Source of the DNA: Candidatus Bathyarchaeia archaeon
GTDB taxonomy: Archaea > Thermoproteota > Bathyarchaeia > Bathyarchaeales > Bathycorpusculaceae
Length of the DNA stretch: 64,000 bases
Direction of reading: 5' to 3'
Assembly (NCBI GenBank): GCA_038883655.1
Contig: JAVZLQ010000004.1
Span: 128,001-192,000 of the forward strand
Both the position numbers and the translations under genes were made by a program. Shown here one piece after another: positions 9,853 through 19,184 of the stretch. Within the stretch, counting starts at the first letter, position 1. The number at the start of each line of letters is the position of its first letter. The notes beneath the pieces were generated by a model. That model had not been told where the DNA came from, made no database searches, and saw nothing but the letters and a program-made list of their open reading frames with translations.

Positions 9853-10887
9853 ATGAAAACAAAAAAACATACATTCACGGTTAAACTCCTATTAATTCTA
9901 ATCTTAATCACAACAGCATCCACATTAAAAATTAACAGAGTCTATACAGAAACAGAAACAACAATACAGCCAAACCCAACAAACACAAACACATCAATAG
10001 GCGAAAACTTCACAATAACAATGACAGTAATAAACGTAACAAACCTAAACGCATGGCAACTCCACCTAACCTTCAACCCACAAATGCTATACTGCACAGA
10101 AGTATACTTACCATCAGAAAACATATTCACACCCTACACTGCCATACTACTCTACCAAATAAACAACACCGAAGGAACAATACGCGCATTCTGCGCACTA
10201 GAAGGAACATTCGGCGTAAACGGAACAGGAACACTAAGCCAAATAAAATTCCAAAGCAAAAACCCAGGAATAACAAGCATAAACCTAATAACAGAAGTCC
10301 AAATTCCATACGGAACATACCTACAAGATCCAAACTACAACCTAATACCATACCAAGTCATAAACCCAACAGTAACAATAAGCGGACCAAACTTCCAACA
10401 AAACACATTCAACATAACACAAAACTCACAAACATACCAAATAACAATACTAAGCAACTCAACAATAACAGCATTCAACTACAACGCGACATTCCAAACA
10501 ATACAATACGACGCAACAGGCACAGACGGAACAACAGGACTATCATCAATAGCCATTCCAAAAACACTCCTAAACGGAATAATAGCAACCCTAATCAACG
10601 AACAAGCCGTACCCTACAACCAATTTGAAAACCAAACACACAACTTCCTCACATTCAACTACACCCACACAACCAAACACATAAAAATCCTCACAACAAT
10701 ACTGGGCGACATAAGCGGAGACCGCACGACAGACATGCTAGACATATCTATAATAATAGACGCGTTCATGACATTCCCAGGAAGCCAAAATTGGAACTCA
10801 CTAGCAGACATAAACAAAGACAACAATGTGGACATGTCAGACATATCGATAGCTGTTGAAAACTTCATGAAAACATGGATTCCCTAA
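9853..10887 (+). CDS. Secreted cohesin + dockerin adaptor protein
   Basis: Cohesin-like NVTNLNAWQLHLTFNPQML..GTGTLSQIKF; C-terminal GDISGDRTTDMLD / DINKDNNVDMSD. Confidence 0.8.
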   Translation: MKTKKHTFTVKLLLILILITTASTLKINRVYTETETTIQPNPTNTNTSIGENFTITMTVINVTNLNAWQLHLTFNPQMLYCTEVYLPSENIFTPYTAILLYQINNTEGTIRAFCALEGTFGVNGTGTLSQIKFQSKNPGITSINLITEVQIPYGTYLQDPNYNLIPYQVINPTVTISGPNFQQNTFNITQNSQTYQITILSNSTITAFNYNATFQTIQYDATGTDGTTGLSSIAIPKTLLNGIIATLINEQAVPYNQFENQTHNFLTFNYTHTTKHIKILTTILGDISGDRTTDMLDISIIIDAFMTFPGSQNWNSLADINKDNNVDMSDISIAVENFMKTWIP

Positions 10888-10959
10888 CAAATAATCACGG
10901 AATAACCTTTATAATTTCCAAATCAACATAACATCCTGGGGAGAAAAGGAGAAAAACAA

Positions 10960-11979
10960 ATGACTAAAAAACAGAAACCAACACTACTTCTTCTAACATT
11001 CACTATAATAATAAGCGTATTATCGCTTTCCTCCTTACAAAACATCAAGTCCGCAAGCAACCTAACACTAACACTGTTTGCACAAGAAGCCTACGACATA
11101 ACCAACCCCATAACAATAAACGGAAGCCTAACACAAGACGGCACACCAGTAACAGACGCACTAGTCTCAATGCAAATAAATAACCCGCGGGGAAACATTC
11201 ACATAATGCGCGTTTTCACAACAGGCTCCACACCACCAGGCCCATGGCCAGTTGAAATAGTAGACTTCTATCTCTGCGACGCAAATGGCAATCCAAAAAC
11301 CAACTTTAAACCAGGAGGAGCGCTGGGCTACACAATCACAGTTAAAAATAATGGAGCTTCGCCCCAATACGTAATAGTGATCCTAACATTCGCATACTCA
11401 AATGGACTGCCATTCTCAGTAATAACGGCCTTCAACGAAACACTCGAGCCAAGCGCAATACGCACAAGCTTCAGATACATATATGACTTCATACCAAGCA
11501 ACGCCCCACTTGGCCCAGCATACGCCTACGCAGTAGCGATAAACAACCTAACACAGTATGGAGGAATGGCATGGTGTCCAGAAAGATCAACAACATTCAA
11601 CATAACCTTAAGCAGCGGAAGCCTAACACTCAATGGATATCAAACAGCACTTTTAGACTCAACTCCTGGAACCTTCAGCATTACCATTAAAATATCGGAC
11701 AATGGCGGACGACTCGGCAACTACACAATATACGCAAATACGTGGTACAACCTCTCATACGCACAAGACACAAAAATCTTCAAAGCATTTCTAAGATCAG
11801 ACGTTAATTTAGATGGAACTGTAGACATGGCTGACATATCAATTCTAATAGAAAAATTTATGTTAACAGATGATGATCCAGATTGGGACCCTATCTACGA
11901 CCTTGTCGAAGATGGCAGCATCGACATGGCTGACATCTCCAAAGCTATAGATGACTATTTTCTGTGGGGCTATTATTAA
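10960..11979 (+). CDS. Secreted Ig-like domain protein with C-terminal dockerin
   Basis: Signal peptide; DVNLDGTVDMAD / DLVEDGSIDMAD; GGMAWCPE motif shared with ORF 7385. Confidence 0.8.
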   Translation: MTKKQKPTLLLLTFTIIISVLSLSSLQNIKSASNLTLTLFAQEAYDITNPITINGSLTQDGTPVTDALVSMQINNPRGNIHIMRVFTTGSTPPGPWPVEIVDFYLCDANGNPKTNFKPGGALGYTITVKNNGASPQYVIVILTFAYSNGLPFSVITAFNETLEPSAIRTSFRYIYDFIPSNAPLGPAYAYAVAINNLTQYGGMAWCPERSTTFNITLSSGSLTLNGYQTALLDSTPGTFSITIKISDNGGRLGNYTIYANTWYNLSYAQDTKIFKAFLRSDVNLDGTVDMADISILIEKFMLTDDDPDWDPIYDLVEDGSIDMADISKAIDDYFLWGYY

Positions 11980-11987
11980 CACGCAAG

Positions 11988-12002
11988 TAGAATTATATTC
12001 CA
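11988..12002 (+). promoter_or_regulatory. Operator TAGAA-N5-TTCCA upstream of TATA-like box
   Basis: TAGAATTATATTCCA, 5 nt gap, CTTAAGAA. Confidence 0.65.
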
Positions 12003-12051
12003 AAAACCTTAAGAACACTTAGAAAATAATAATTATCGAGAGAAAGGAGAA

Positions 12052-14154
12052 ATGCATATGAAAATTAAACAGTACAAGGTTACATTATCGATCTTAATGA
12101 TTCTAGTTTCAACCCTAATGACGATACATTCGGCGTTATCTTCGCCAACATCAGAAGTATACGTGGACCCACCAGATTATATATACGATGCATCCACAAC
12201 CCCGATCGGCACATTATTTAACGTAACAGTAAAAGTCAAATATGTAACAGACATGAAAACATGGCAAGTAAAAATGTGGTTTAACGACAGCTTCATCAAC
12301 GTAACGCGCTGGTACGAACCGAAATGGGACTCAAACTACGTGTTTTACGGCAAAACTACACTACCAGTTCCAGCCCCACCACAAGTAGCTTATGGTCCCG
12401 GAGGATGGTGTGGCGTGGGAGCAAGTCTATTCCCAGCCCCAAGCCCGGGAGAAGGCTTTACTGGAAGTGGGGTCCTATGCATAATAACTTTTAACATAAC
12501 TGCCCTCCCACCACCAAACAAAACATATGCGTGCTTGCTAAACATAACAAACTATCCAGATACATTCTGGATAAGGGCAGGAGAAACAGCAAAACTGCGC
12601 TATGACATTTATAGGAATGGCTACTATGAAATAAGCCCACCATTAATCCCATATGACGTAACAATCAATGCATACTGCAACACCGAGGCACAGCAAATAA
12701 ACGCGGCAATAACGAAAGACGGAATACCAACAGGATATAATACACCACACACGTTCACAGGCTTAACTGGCACACACACATTCACCGTCCCAGAAAAGGA
12801 TTCAAAAGGCCACCCATTCAAACAGTGGAGCACAGGAGAAACAAGCAGAACAATAACGGTGGATTCTGGTGGAACATTCACAGCATATTACGAGGCAATA
12901 GTAATTGAAGGTACAAGAATTTACGTTGACCCGCCAGAAATTATCGATCCAACAATGCTGCCTTGCTCAACCTTTGACATTAACATAACAATCGATGACG
13001 TTTCAAATATGATCTCCTGCGAATTCAACCTTACATATGACCCTAACGTGCTCCAATGGATAGGCATAAAAACCTTCAGAATTTCCGGTCAAACCCCAAC
13101 AACACAGGTCATTATTGATGATGAGGCTGGTTTCATATGGGTTAAACTACGCTATGGCTCATCAATCTTAACAACCTCTCCTATAGCACTGGTTGCAATA
13201 TCATTCCATGTAGAAGGACTAGGATCAACAGTCTTAGACTTGCATGACACTGAACTTCTAGACACAGAAGGCGCACCAATAGAACATCAAGCCATAGACG
13301 GCTTCTTCATGAGCCTCATTCGCGACGTAGCAGTAATAGATGCTGTTCCATCAAGCAACTGGGCATATCCGGGCTGGCCTGTAACCATAAAAGTCACTGT
13401 TAAAAACTTGGGCAATATAAGCGAAACCTTCAGTGTAAGGGCGTTCAGTAATGACACATTAATCGGCACGGCCCCTGTTGTTGATTTAGCGCCAAACACA
13501 CAAACAGACGTATACATACCTTGGGATACATCTGGCTTAGGAGGAATATTCATTATACGGGCTGAAGCTATAGCAGTGCCCTATGAATATGACTTAACTA
13601 ACAACGTGTTAACCGACGGCACCGTTGAAATAGTAACGGTAATGCATGACATTGCAGTTATAGACGTAACTCCAGAACAATTATGGGCTTATCAAGGGTG
13701 GACACTTAAAATAAACGTTACAGTCAAAAACCTTGGAGAAACTAGCGAAGTTTTTAACTTAACCGCGTACTACAACGACAACATAATTGACATTATAACT
13801 GAATTAAATATAGACCCTGGAGAGGAACTTACCATCGAGTACGAATGGAACACTTCCCTCGTTACTCCTTGCAACAACTACACTATCAAAGCTGAAGCAT
13901 CTATAGTGCTGTACGAATACAATGTAACAAACAACCTATACGTAGATGGAGCAGTAAAAGTTAGGATGCCCGGCGACGCAAATGGTGATGGAACGGTAGA
14001 CATGGCTGACATATCTATTCTGATAGAGGCATTTATGACGTATCCAAGTCATCCAAACTGGAAGCCAGAAGCCGACTTAGACCGCAGTGGCTACGTTGAC
14101 ATGGTTGACATATCAATAGCTATAGAAAACTTTAACGAATCCTGTCTCAGATAA
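12052..14154 (+). CDS. Secreted adaptor scaffoldin: cohesin, beta repeat, cohesin, 2x CARDB, dockerin
   Basis: Cohesin 1 near-identical to those of ORFs 7385 and 14210; two (R/H)DVAV..VTVKNLG..ETF..WDT CARDB-like units; DANGDGTVDMAD / DLDRSGYVDMVD. Confidence 0.82.
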   Translation: MHMKIKQYKVTLSILMILVSTLMTIHSALSSPTSEVYVDPPDYIYDASTTPIGTLFNVTVKVKYVTDMKTWQVKMWFNDSFINVTRWYEPKWDSNYVFYGKTTLPVPAPPQVAYGPGGWCGVGASLFPAPSPGEGFTGSGVLCIITFNITALPPPNKTYACLLNITNYPDTFWIRAGETAKLRYDIYRNGYYEISPPLIPYDVTINAYCNTEAQQINAAITKDGIPTGYNTPHTFTGLTGTHTFTVPEKDSKGHPFKQWSTGETSRTITVDSGGTFTAYYEAIVIEGTRIYVDPPEIIDPTMLPCSTFDINITIDDVSNMISCEFNLTYDPNVLQWIGIKTFRISGQTPTTQVIIDDEAGFIWVKLRYGSSILTTSPIALVAISFHVEGLGSTVLDLHDTELLDTEGAPIEHQAIDGFFMSLIRDVAVIDAVPSSNWAYPGWPVTIKVTVKNLGNISETFSVRAFSNDTLIGTAPVVDLAPNTQTDVYIPWDTSGLGGIFIIRAEAIAVPYEYDLTNNVLTDGTVEIVTVMHDIAVIDVTPEQLWAYQGWTLKINVTVKNLGETSEVFNLTAYYNDNIIDIITELNIDPGEELTIEYEWNTSLVTPCNNYTIKAEASIVLYEYNVTNNLYVDGAVKVRMPGDANGDGTVDMADISILIEAFMTYPSHPNWKPEADLDRSGYVDMVDISIAIENFNESCLR

Positions 14155-14209
14155 CTCCCACCTTTATTTTTGAAGCATAAATCTTAAAAATTGAAGTACA
14201 CCATATTCT

Positions 14210-14935
14210 ATGCCTAAGGTGAAAACTTTGAAAGCATTATGTGTTAAAAGGAGAAGTCTATTATCTGCACTACTAATATCGGCAATAATCTTCGCTTCAA
14301 TCTTGTCAATGACAGAGTTTCGAGTATTCGCAGCAACCTCAGCCTACGTTTCTCCGGATTTAATAGTTTTAGACCCGGCAACCAACGGGACAATAGGCAC
14401 CTTATTCAATGTAACAGTGTGGGTTACAGGCGTAGAAGACATGAAAACATGGCAAGTAAAAATGTCATTCAACCATAGCATGATAAATATAACACGCTGG
14501 TACGAGCCCACATGGGACCCAGACTACGTTTTCTACGGCAAAACTACACTTCCAGTCCCAGGTCCAGTAAACGTGCGCTACGAATATGTAAATGAAACTA
14601 GCGGTTGGATTGGCGTCGGTTCAGCAATCTTCCCAGCCCCAAGCCCAGGAAACGGCTTCACAGGCGATGGGCTTCTGTGCATATTACAATTTAATGTTAC
14701 AGCGTCCCCACCTGAAGGCGAACTATACACAACCCAACTTTATATAAACTATCCAACAGACACGTTCTGGATTAAAGCTGGTGAAAGCACAAAAAGAGCA
14801 TTTGACTCTTACACTCCAGGAACAGTCACAATAATACCGGAATTCATTGCACTCATAATGTTGATTGGATTAGTAGTGTCAACCGTTACTGTGACATTAT
14901 CCAGAAAACATGTTCGAAAAGTCAAAACAGCATAG
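14210..14935 (+). CDS. Single-cohesin protein with PEF-CTERM-like sorting signal
   Basis: Cohesin near-identical to N-terminal cohesins of ORFs 7385/12052; ends IIPEF + hydrophobic helix + RKHVRKVK. Confidence 0.8.
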   Translation: MPKVKTLKALCVKRRSLLSALLISAIIFASILSMTEFRVFAATSAYVSPDLIVLDPATNGTIGTLFNVTVWVTGVEDMKTWQVKMSFNHSMINITRWYEPTWDPDYVFYGKTTLPVPGPVNVRYEYVNETSGWIGVGSAIFPAPSPGNGFTGDGLLCILQFNVTASPPEGELYTTQLYINYPTDTFWIKAGESTKRAFDSYTPGTVTIIPEFIALIMLIGLVVSTVTVTLSRKHVRKVKTA

Positions 14936-15005
14936 AATTATAATAATAAACTTTCACACCTCCTTTTTTCTTTAGCATTTAATTGCAGAGCATATATAAT
15001 TTTCA

Positions 15006-15020
15006 TAGAAAAAAGTTCCA
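15006..15020 (+). promoter_or_regulatory. Operator TAGAA-N5-TTCCA upstream of TATA
   Basis: TAGAAAAAAGTTCCA, 5 nt gap, TTTAAAAA. Confidence 0.65.
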
Positions 15021-15109
15021 TAAAATTTAAAAAGTTTTCAAGCAGAAAATATTTTACCCAAAAGTACACTTTTGGGTGTCTAAAAAATTAAAAGAGAGGA
15101 GAGAGGAAA

Positions 15110-18100
15110 ATGGAAGGTAAGCTGTTAGCTGCGCTGATGCTCTCGTTGCTTCTTATAAGCTCCTTAACTGTTTTGCCTATTATGTCGATAAGTGCCAGTG
15201 ATGGAACATTTAATGTGGTCTTAGGAGGAGCGGTTGCTGCTCTTGCCAAGGCTAGAGGAACAAGCGAACAGCATTATTGGGGAAGCGGATGTTGGGCGGC
15301 GGTACTAGGACAAAAGTTTGAGATGTACATTGACCCCACGCTTCCGCCATTTAACGCCTTAGGCACCTTCACAATAGATGACATATCCAGCATCTCCTAT
15401 CACACGAATAAGCCTGGTTCCCAAAATGATGCAGATTTCTATTTGGTGATTTACACCAAACCTGACGGAGTTGATGATAAGGCAACATGGTACGGGTATA
15501 AATTAATTGGCGAACCATATTATTCAAGAAACCTTAACGCTCCTAGCAATCAGTGGAATAAATGGAGCACGGATGTTGGCGCAAACCAGCTCACCTTCTT
15601 TGATCCAGACACCATAGGTTTCTATGGATTTTATGGCCAACCAACCCTCCAAGATATACAAGCCGGACCAATTAATTGGAACAACTATTATTCAGGTTGT
15701 CCAGTAACCAATATCGATTATGGAGTTGAAACTGTAAAGTATATTTCTTTCCAAACTGGAACGGCTTGGATGAACGTTTTTCAAGGCTACATAGACGCCA
15801 TAACAATAGCTCTAAATGATGGAACAACTGTTACCGTTGACCTTGAAGGATTTGCAAGCGAAATATGGGTGGATGACGACTGGACTGGTTTACCACCAGG
15901 CTACGAAGTTGAACCGGGCAAATTTATAGGCTACAACGCCTTCTCAAAAATACAAGATGCTGTTATTGCATCTATTTCTGGCGGTGTAATTTATGTCTAC
16001 GAGGGAACGTATACTGTTTCTTCTACAATAATTATTGACAAAACACTTACCTTGCTAGGGCCACAAGCTGATGTTGATCCACGTCCCATCTACGGCGGGC
16101 GAACTGGTCCAGAAGCTATCATTGAAGGTGATGGAATTATTTCAAATGTTATTAAAATCGCTGCAAATAACGTTGTGATTAATGGTTTCACAATAAGAAC
16201 TGGAAAAGGCGATATAATTCGTCAAGATGGGCCAAACACAGGAACAGTCGTTAAATATAACATAATTCATGACGGACGAGGAGACGAAGGAATACAACTT
16301 GCAAAATGTACAAACGGCATAATAGAATACAACTACGTATATGACATTGCTACTCCAGGTGATGCCATCAGTTTTGCCGACTCAAATTATTGCATCATAC
16401 GGTTTAACGAAGTTTATAACATCGGAAGCGAGAACGCTGCAATCTATGTTTACGGTTCAAACAACATGGCAATTGTTGGCAACATAGTTCACAACGTAAC
16501 ATTAAATGACGGTATCAAATTGGGGTCTAAGAATGGTGCTGATGCAGGAAAGGCTGGAGGGCTAATCAAGGGTAACATTATTTATGATGTGGAGCAGGAT
16601 GGCATAAGCGTTTATACCAGTCATGTTGTTGTCGAAGAAAATGAAATATACAATTGTAGAAGCGAAAATGGCGCCATCTACATCGCATTTGCAGTTTCCA
16701 ACATCACTGTCAGATATAACAACATCCACGATAACAACTTGAAAACATCAAAGAGACAAACATCGGCTGGCATACTAATTGAAAACAGAGTTAATGTTTC
16801 AACTGTCACTCTAAACTACAATAACATATATAATAACAAACCCTATGGCTGCACAAATGAGGCTACTGGACTACTTGACGCCCGCTTTAACTGGTGGGGC
16901 GACGCGAGTGGTCCGACGCATGCGTCTAATTCAGGCGGTATGGGCGATAAAATCAGCGATAACGTTGATTATAGTCCATGGCTCGGTAACCCATTTGAAA
17001 TCATGCCAAGAATATATCACGTTAATCCAACAGGTGCACCCGGCGCAATTCAAGAAGCCATAGACGCGGCAAGTCCTTTTGACACGGTGATTGTGCATGA
17101 GGGAACATATGCGGAGCAAGTAATGATAAACAAGAGCCTAATATTGCACGGCCTTGCTGGGGCCAAAATATTGGCTCCAGACGTGCGAAGCCCAGTCACC
17201 ATTCCAGAGTCAACCGCAATTTTCGATCCAGTGATCTTTGCTTATGGCTCTTTGAGTGGAGCAGGAACAATCGATGTTACCATTGAAGGGTTCGAAGTAG
17301 ACGGCGGAAATAAAGCTTCCAGTAGCTATCGCTATGTTGGAATCTTATGTCGCAACGTTAAACCAGGCGCAATTTCAAACAATGTAATTCACAGCTTGTA
17401 CCCACCCTCTGGAAAAGGAAGCGGACCGCAGACTTTCGGTCTACTTGTTTACGGCGATTCTGATGTAACAATTCAGCACAACGAAATCAAAGATTTTAGC
17501 AGAGGCGGGATAGGCGTTTCCGGCGATGCTGGTCCAAGCGCAGATCCTTACGCCCTTGTCCAACAAAACACGGTCTTTGGAAACGGCTTAGAAACCGAAA
17601 CAAACTGGTGGGCTGAAAATGGTATACAAATAGCATATGGCGCCAAGGCGCATGTTGTAGGCAACGAGGTCTTCGATTGCATGGTAAATAACCCAAGTTG
17701 GGCGTCGACCGGCATACTGGTGGTTGACACAGCCGACACAGTTGTTGAAAACAACTATGTCGAAGGCTGTGACATTGGCATAGGTGCCGTGGACTTTCCA
17801 AGCGCATACGGTCCACCATGGAATTACCACATCCTTTCAGATGTTCTCATAACTGGCAACACCCTGGTCGGCAATACATGGCAAATAGATATCTCAAACG
17901 ACGCAAGAAACGTTAGCGTGACTTACAATGACATCATAAACGCGATTGAGGATGGAATAGATGTTTGGAGTTATTTCGGAGATGTGTTTCCAACAAACAT
18001 AACGATACACTACAACAACATTACAGGTAGCGGTTCATACGGAGTATGGGCAAGCGAAGACATACCAGAACCAGTTGACGCACGATATAACTGGTGGGGA

Positions 18101-19060
18101 CATGAGACAGGTCCTCTCCACGAGACAAGCTGGATTTACATGGGCTCGCCATACGGTCCACATTTCGGCCTAGGCGATAAAGTTAGTGATTACGTGCTTT
18201 ACGTTCCATGGATCTCAGTTGTGCATGATGTTGCAGTAATTGATGTTTCATTTTTACCTACAAGCCTAGTTGCAGGAGAAACTGTTACAATAAATGTGAC
18301 CGTTGAAAACCAAGGAAGCGACTTCGAAAGCTTTACCGTAACAGTTTACTATGATAATACGCCGATAGAAAGTCAAGACGTTATCAATCTGTTTCCGGGC
18401 TTTAACATCACGTTAACTTTCTATTGGAATACCCCACTGGAATTACCCAGAGGAGTCTACATCATAAAGGCGGAAGCATCAATAGTACTTGAAGAAATAG
18501 ATATCCAAGACAACACGTTTACTGATGGAACGGTCGAAATATTATGGCATGATGTAGCTATTGTCGAAATTTCTCCTTCACGAGACTGGGTTTATCAGGG
18601 ACATAACCTTAACATAAACGTTACCGTTCTAAATAAGGGAGATTTCCTCGAAGAAATAACTGTGACACTCTACTATAACATAACTGCAGGACAAACAATA
18701 GGCGCGCAAATAATAACGCTGCCTCCTGGAGAAAGCGCCACACTAACTTTCGTCTGGGACACAACAGATGTAGAATACTGCCACAACTACCAAATAGTCG
18801 TCACAGCAACAATAACCGCACCGGACAATGATCCGTTGGATAACACTTTAACTGATGGAAGTGTAAAAGTTAGAATTCTCGGAGATGTAAACGGCGACGA
18901 AACAGTTGACATGGCAGATATATCGATAATGATCGACGCATTTTTCTCCTATGCAGGGCATCCGCTATGGAACCCAGATCTGGACGTATACATAGACGAT
19001 TCCGTTGATATGGCAGACATAGGCATACTCATCTCAAATTTCCTACTATCGTGCCAATAA
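15110..19060 (+). CDS. Large secreted protein: N-terminal beta domain, two parallel beta-helix (pectin-lyase-like/NosD) modules, 2x CARDB, dockerin
   Basis: IQDAV..GTY and IQEAIDAA..GTY starts, GI-x-x/N-x-I-x-N repeats, two DARxNWWG caps; DVNGDETVDMAD / DVYIDDSVDMAD. Confidence 0.82.
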   Translation: MEGKLLAALMLSLLLISSLTVLPIMSISASDGTFNVVLGGAVAALAKARGTSEQHYWGSGCWAAVLGQKFEMYIDPTLPPFNALGTFTIDDISSISYHTNKPGSQNDADFYLVIYTKPDGVDDKATWYGYKLIGEPYYSRNLNAPSNQWNKWSTDVGANQLTFFDPDTIGFYGFYGQPTLQDIQAGPINWNNYYSGCPVTNIDYGVETVKYISFQTGTAWMNVFQGYIDAITIALNDGTTVTVDLEGFASEIWVDDDWTGLPPGYEVEPGKFIGYNAFSKIQDAVIASISGGVIYVYEGTYTVSSTIIIDKTLTLLGPQADVDPRPIYGGRTGPEAIIEGDGIISNVIKIAANNVVINGFTIRTGKGDIIRQDGPNTGTVVKYNIIHDGRGDEGIQLAKCTNGIIEYNYVYDIATPGDAISFADSNYCIIRFNEVYNIGSENAAIYVYGSNNMAIVGNIVHNVTLNDGIKLGSKNGADAGKAGGLIKGNIIYDVEQDGISVYTSHVVVEENEIYNCRSENGAIYIAFAVSNITVRYNNIHDNNLKTSKRQTSAGILIENRVNVSTVTLNYNNIYNNKPYGCTNEATGLLDARFNWWGDASGPTHASNSGGMGDKISDNVDYSPWLGNPFEIMPRIYHVNPTGAPGAIQEAIDAASPFDTVIVHEGTYAEQVMINKSLILHGLAGAKILAPDVRSPVTIPESTAIFDPVIFAYGSLSGAGTIDVTIEGFEVDGGNKASSSYRYVGILCRNVKPGAISNNVIHSLYPPSGKGSGPQTFGLLVYGDSDVTIQHNEIKDFSRGGIGVSGDAGPSADPYALVQQNTVFGNGLETETNWWAENGIQIAYGAKAHVVGNEVFDCMVNNPSWASTGILVVDTADTVVENNYVEGCDIGIGAVDFPSAYGPPWNYHILSDVLITGNTLVGNTWQIDISNDARNVSVTYNDIINAIEDGIDVWSYFGDVFPTNITIHYNNITGSGSYGVWASEDIPEPVDARYNWWGHETGPLHETSWIYMGSPYGPHFGLGDKVSDYVLYVPWISVVHDVAVIDVSFLPTSLVAGETVTINVTVENQGSDFESFTVTVYYDNTPIESQDVINLFPGFNITLTFYWNTPLELPRGVYIIKAEASIVLEEIDIQDNTFTDGTVEILWHDVAIVEISPSRDWVYQGHNLNINVTVLNKGDFLEEITVTLYYNITAGQTIGAQIITLPPGESATLTFVWDTTDVEYCHNYQIVVTATITAPDNDPLDNTLTDGSVKVRILGDVNGDETVDMADISIMIDAFFSYAGHPLWNPDLDVYIDDSVDMADIGILISNFLLSCQ

Positions 19061-19114
19061 AAATGAAAATAATCCCCCTCTTTTTTATTTAGTTAGGATG
19101 ATGGCAATTTCATA

Positions 19115-19129
19115 TAGAAGATAATTCCA
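19115..19129 (+). promoter_or_regulatory. Operator TAGAA-N5-TTCCA upstream of TATA
   Basis: TAGAAGATAATTCCA, 5 nt gap, TTTAAATG. Confidence 0.65.
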
Positions 19130-19184
19130 AAAATTTTAAATGATATAAAGTTATATTTTATGTTGCCGAGGGGAGAGGAAGCTC

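Noticed and set aside
10053-10628. 191-aa alternative-frame ORF inside the cohesin-dockerin gene
   Set aside because: Low-complexity N/R/K/H product; a by-product of T scarcity (few stop codons) in this skewed region
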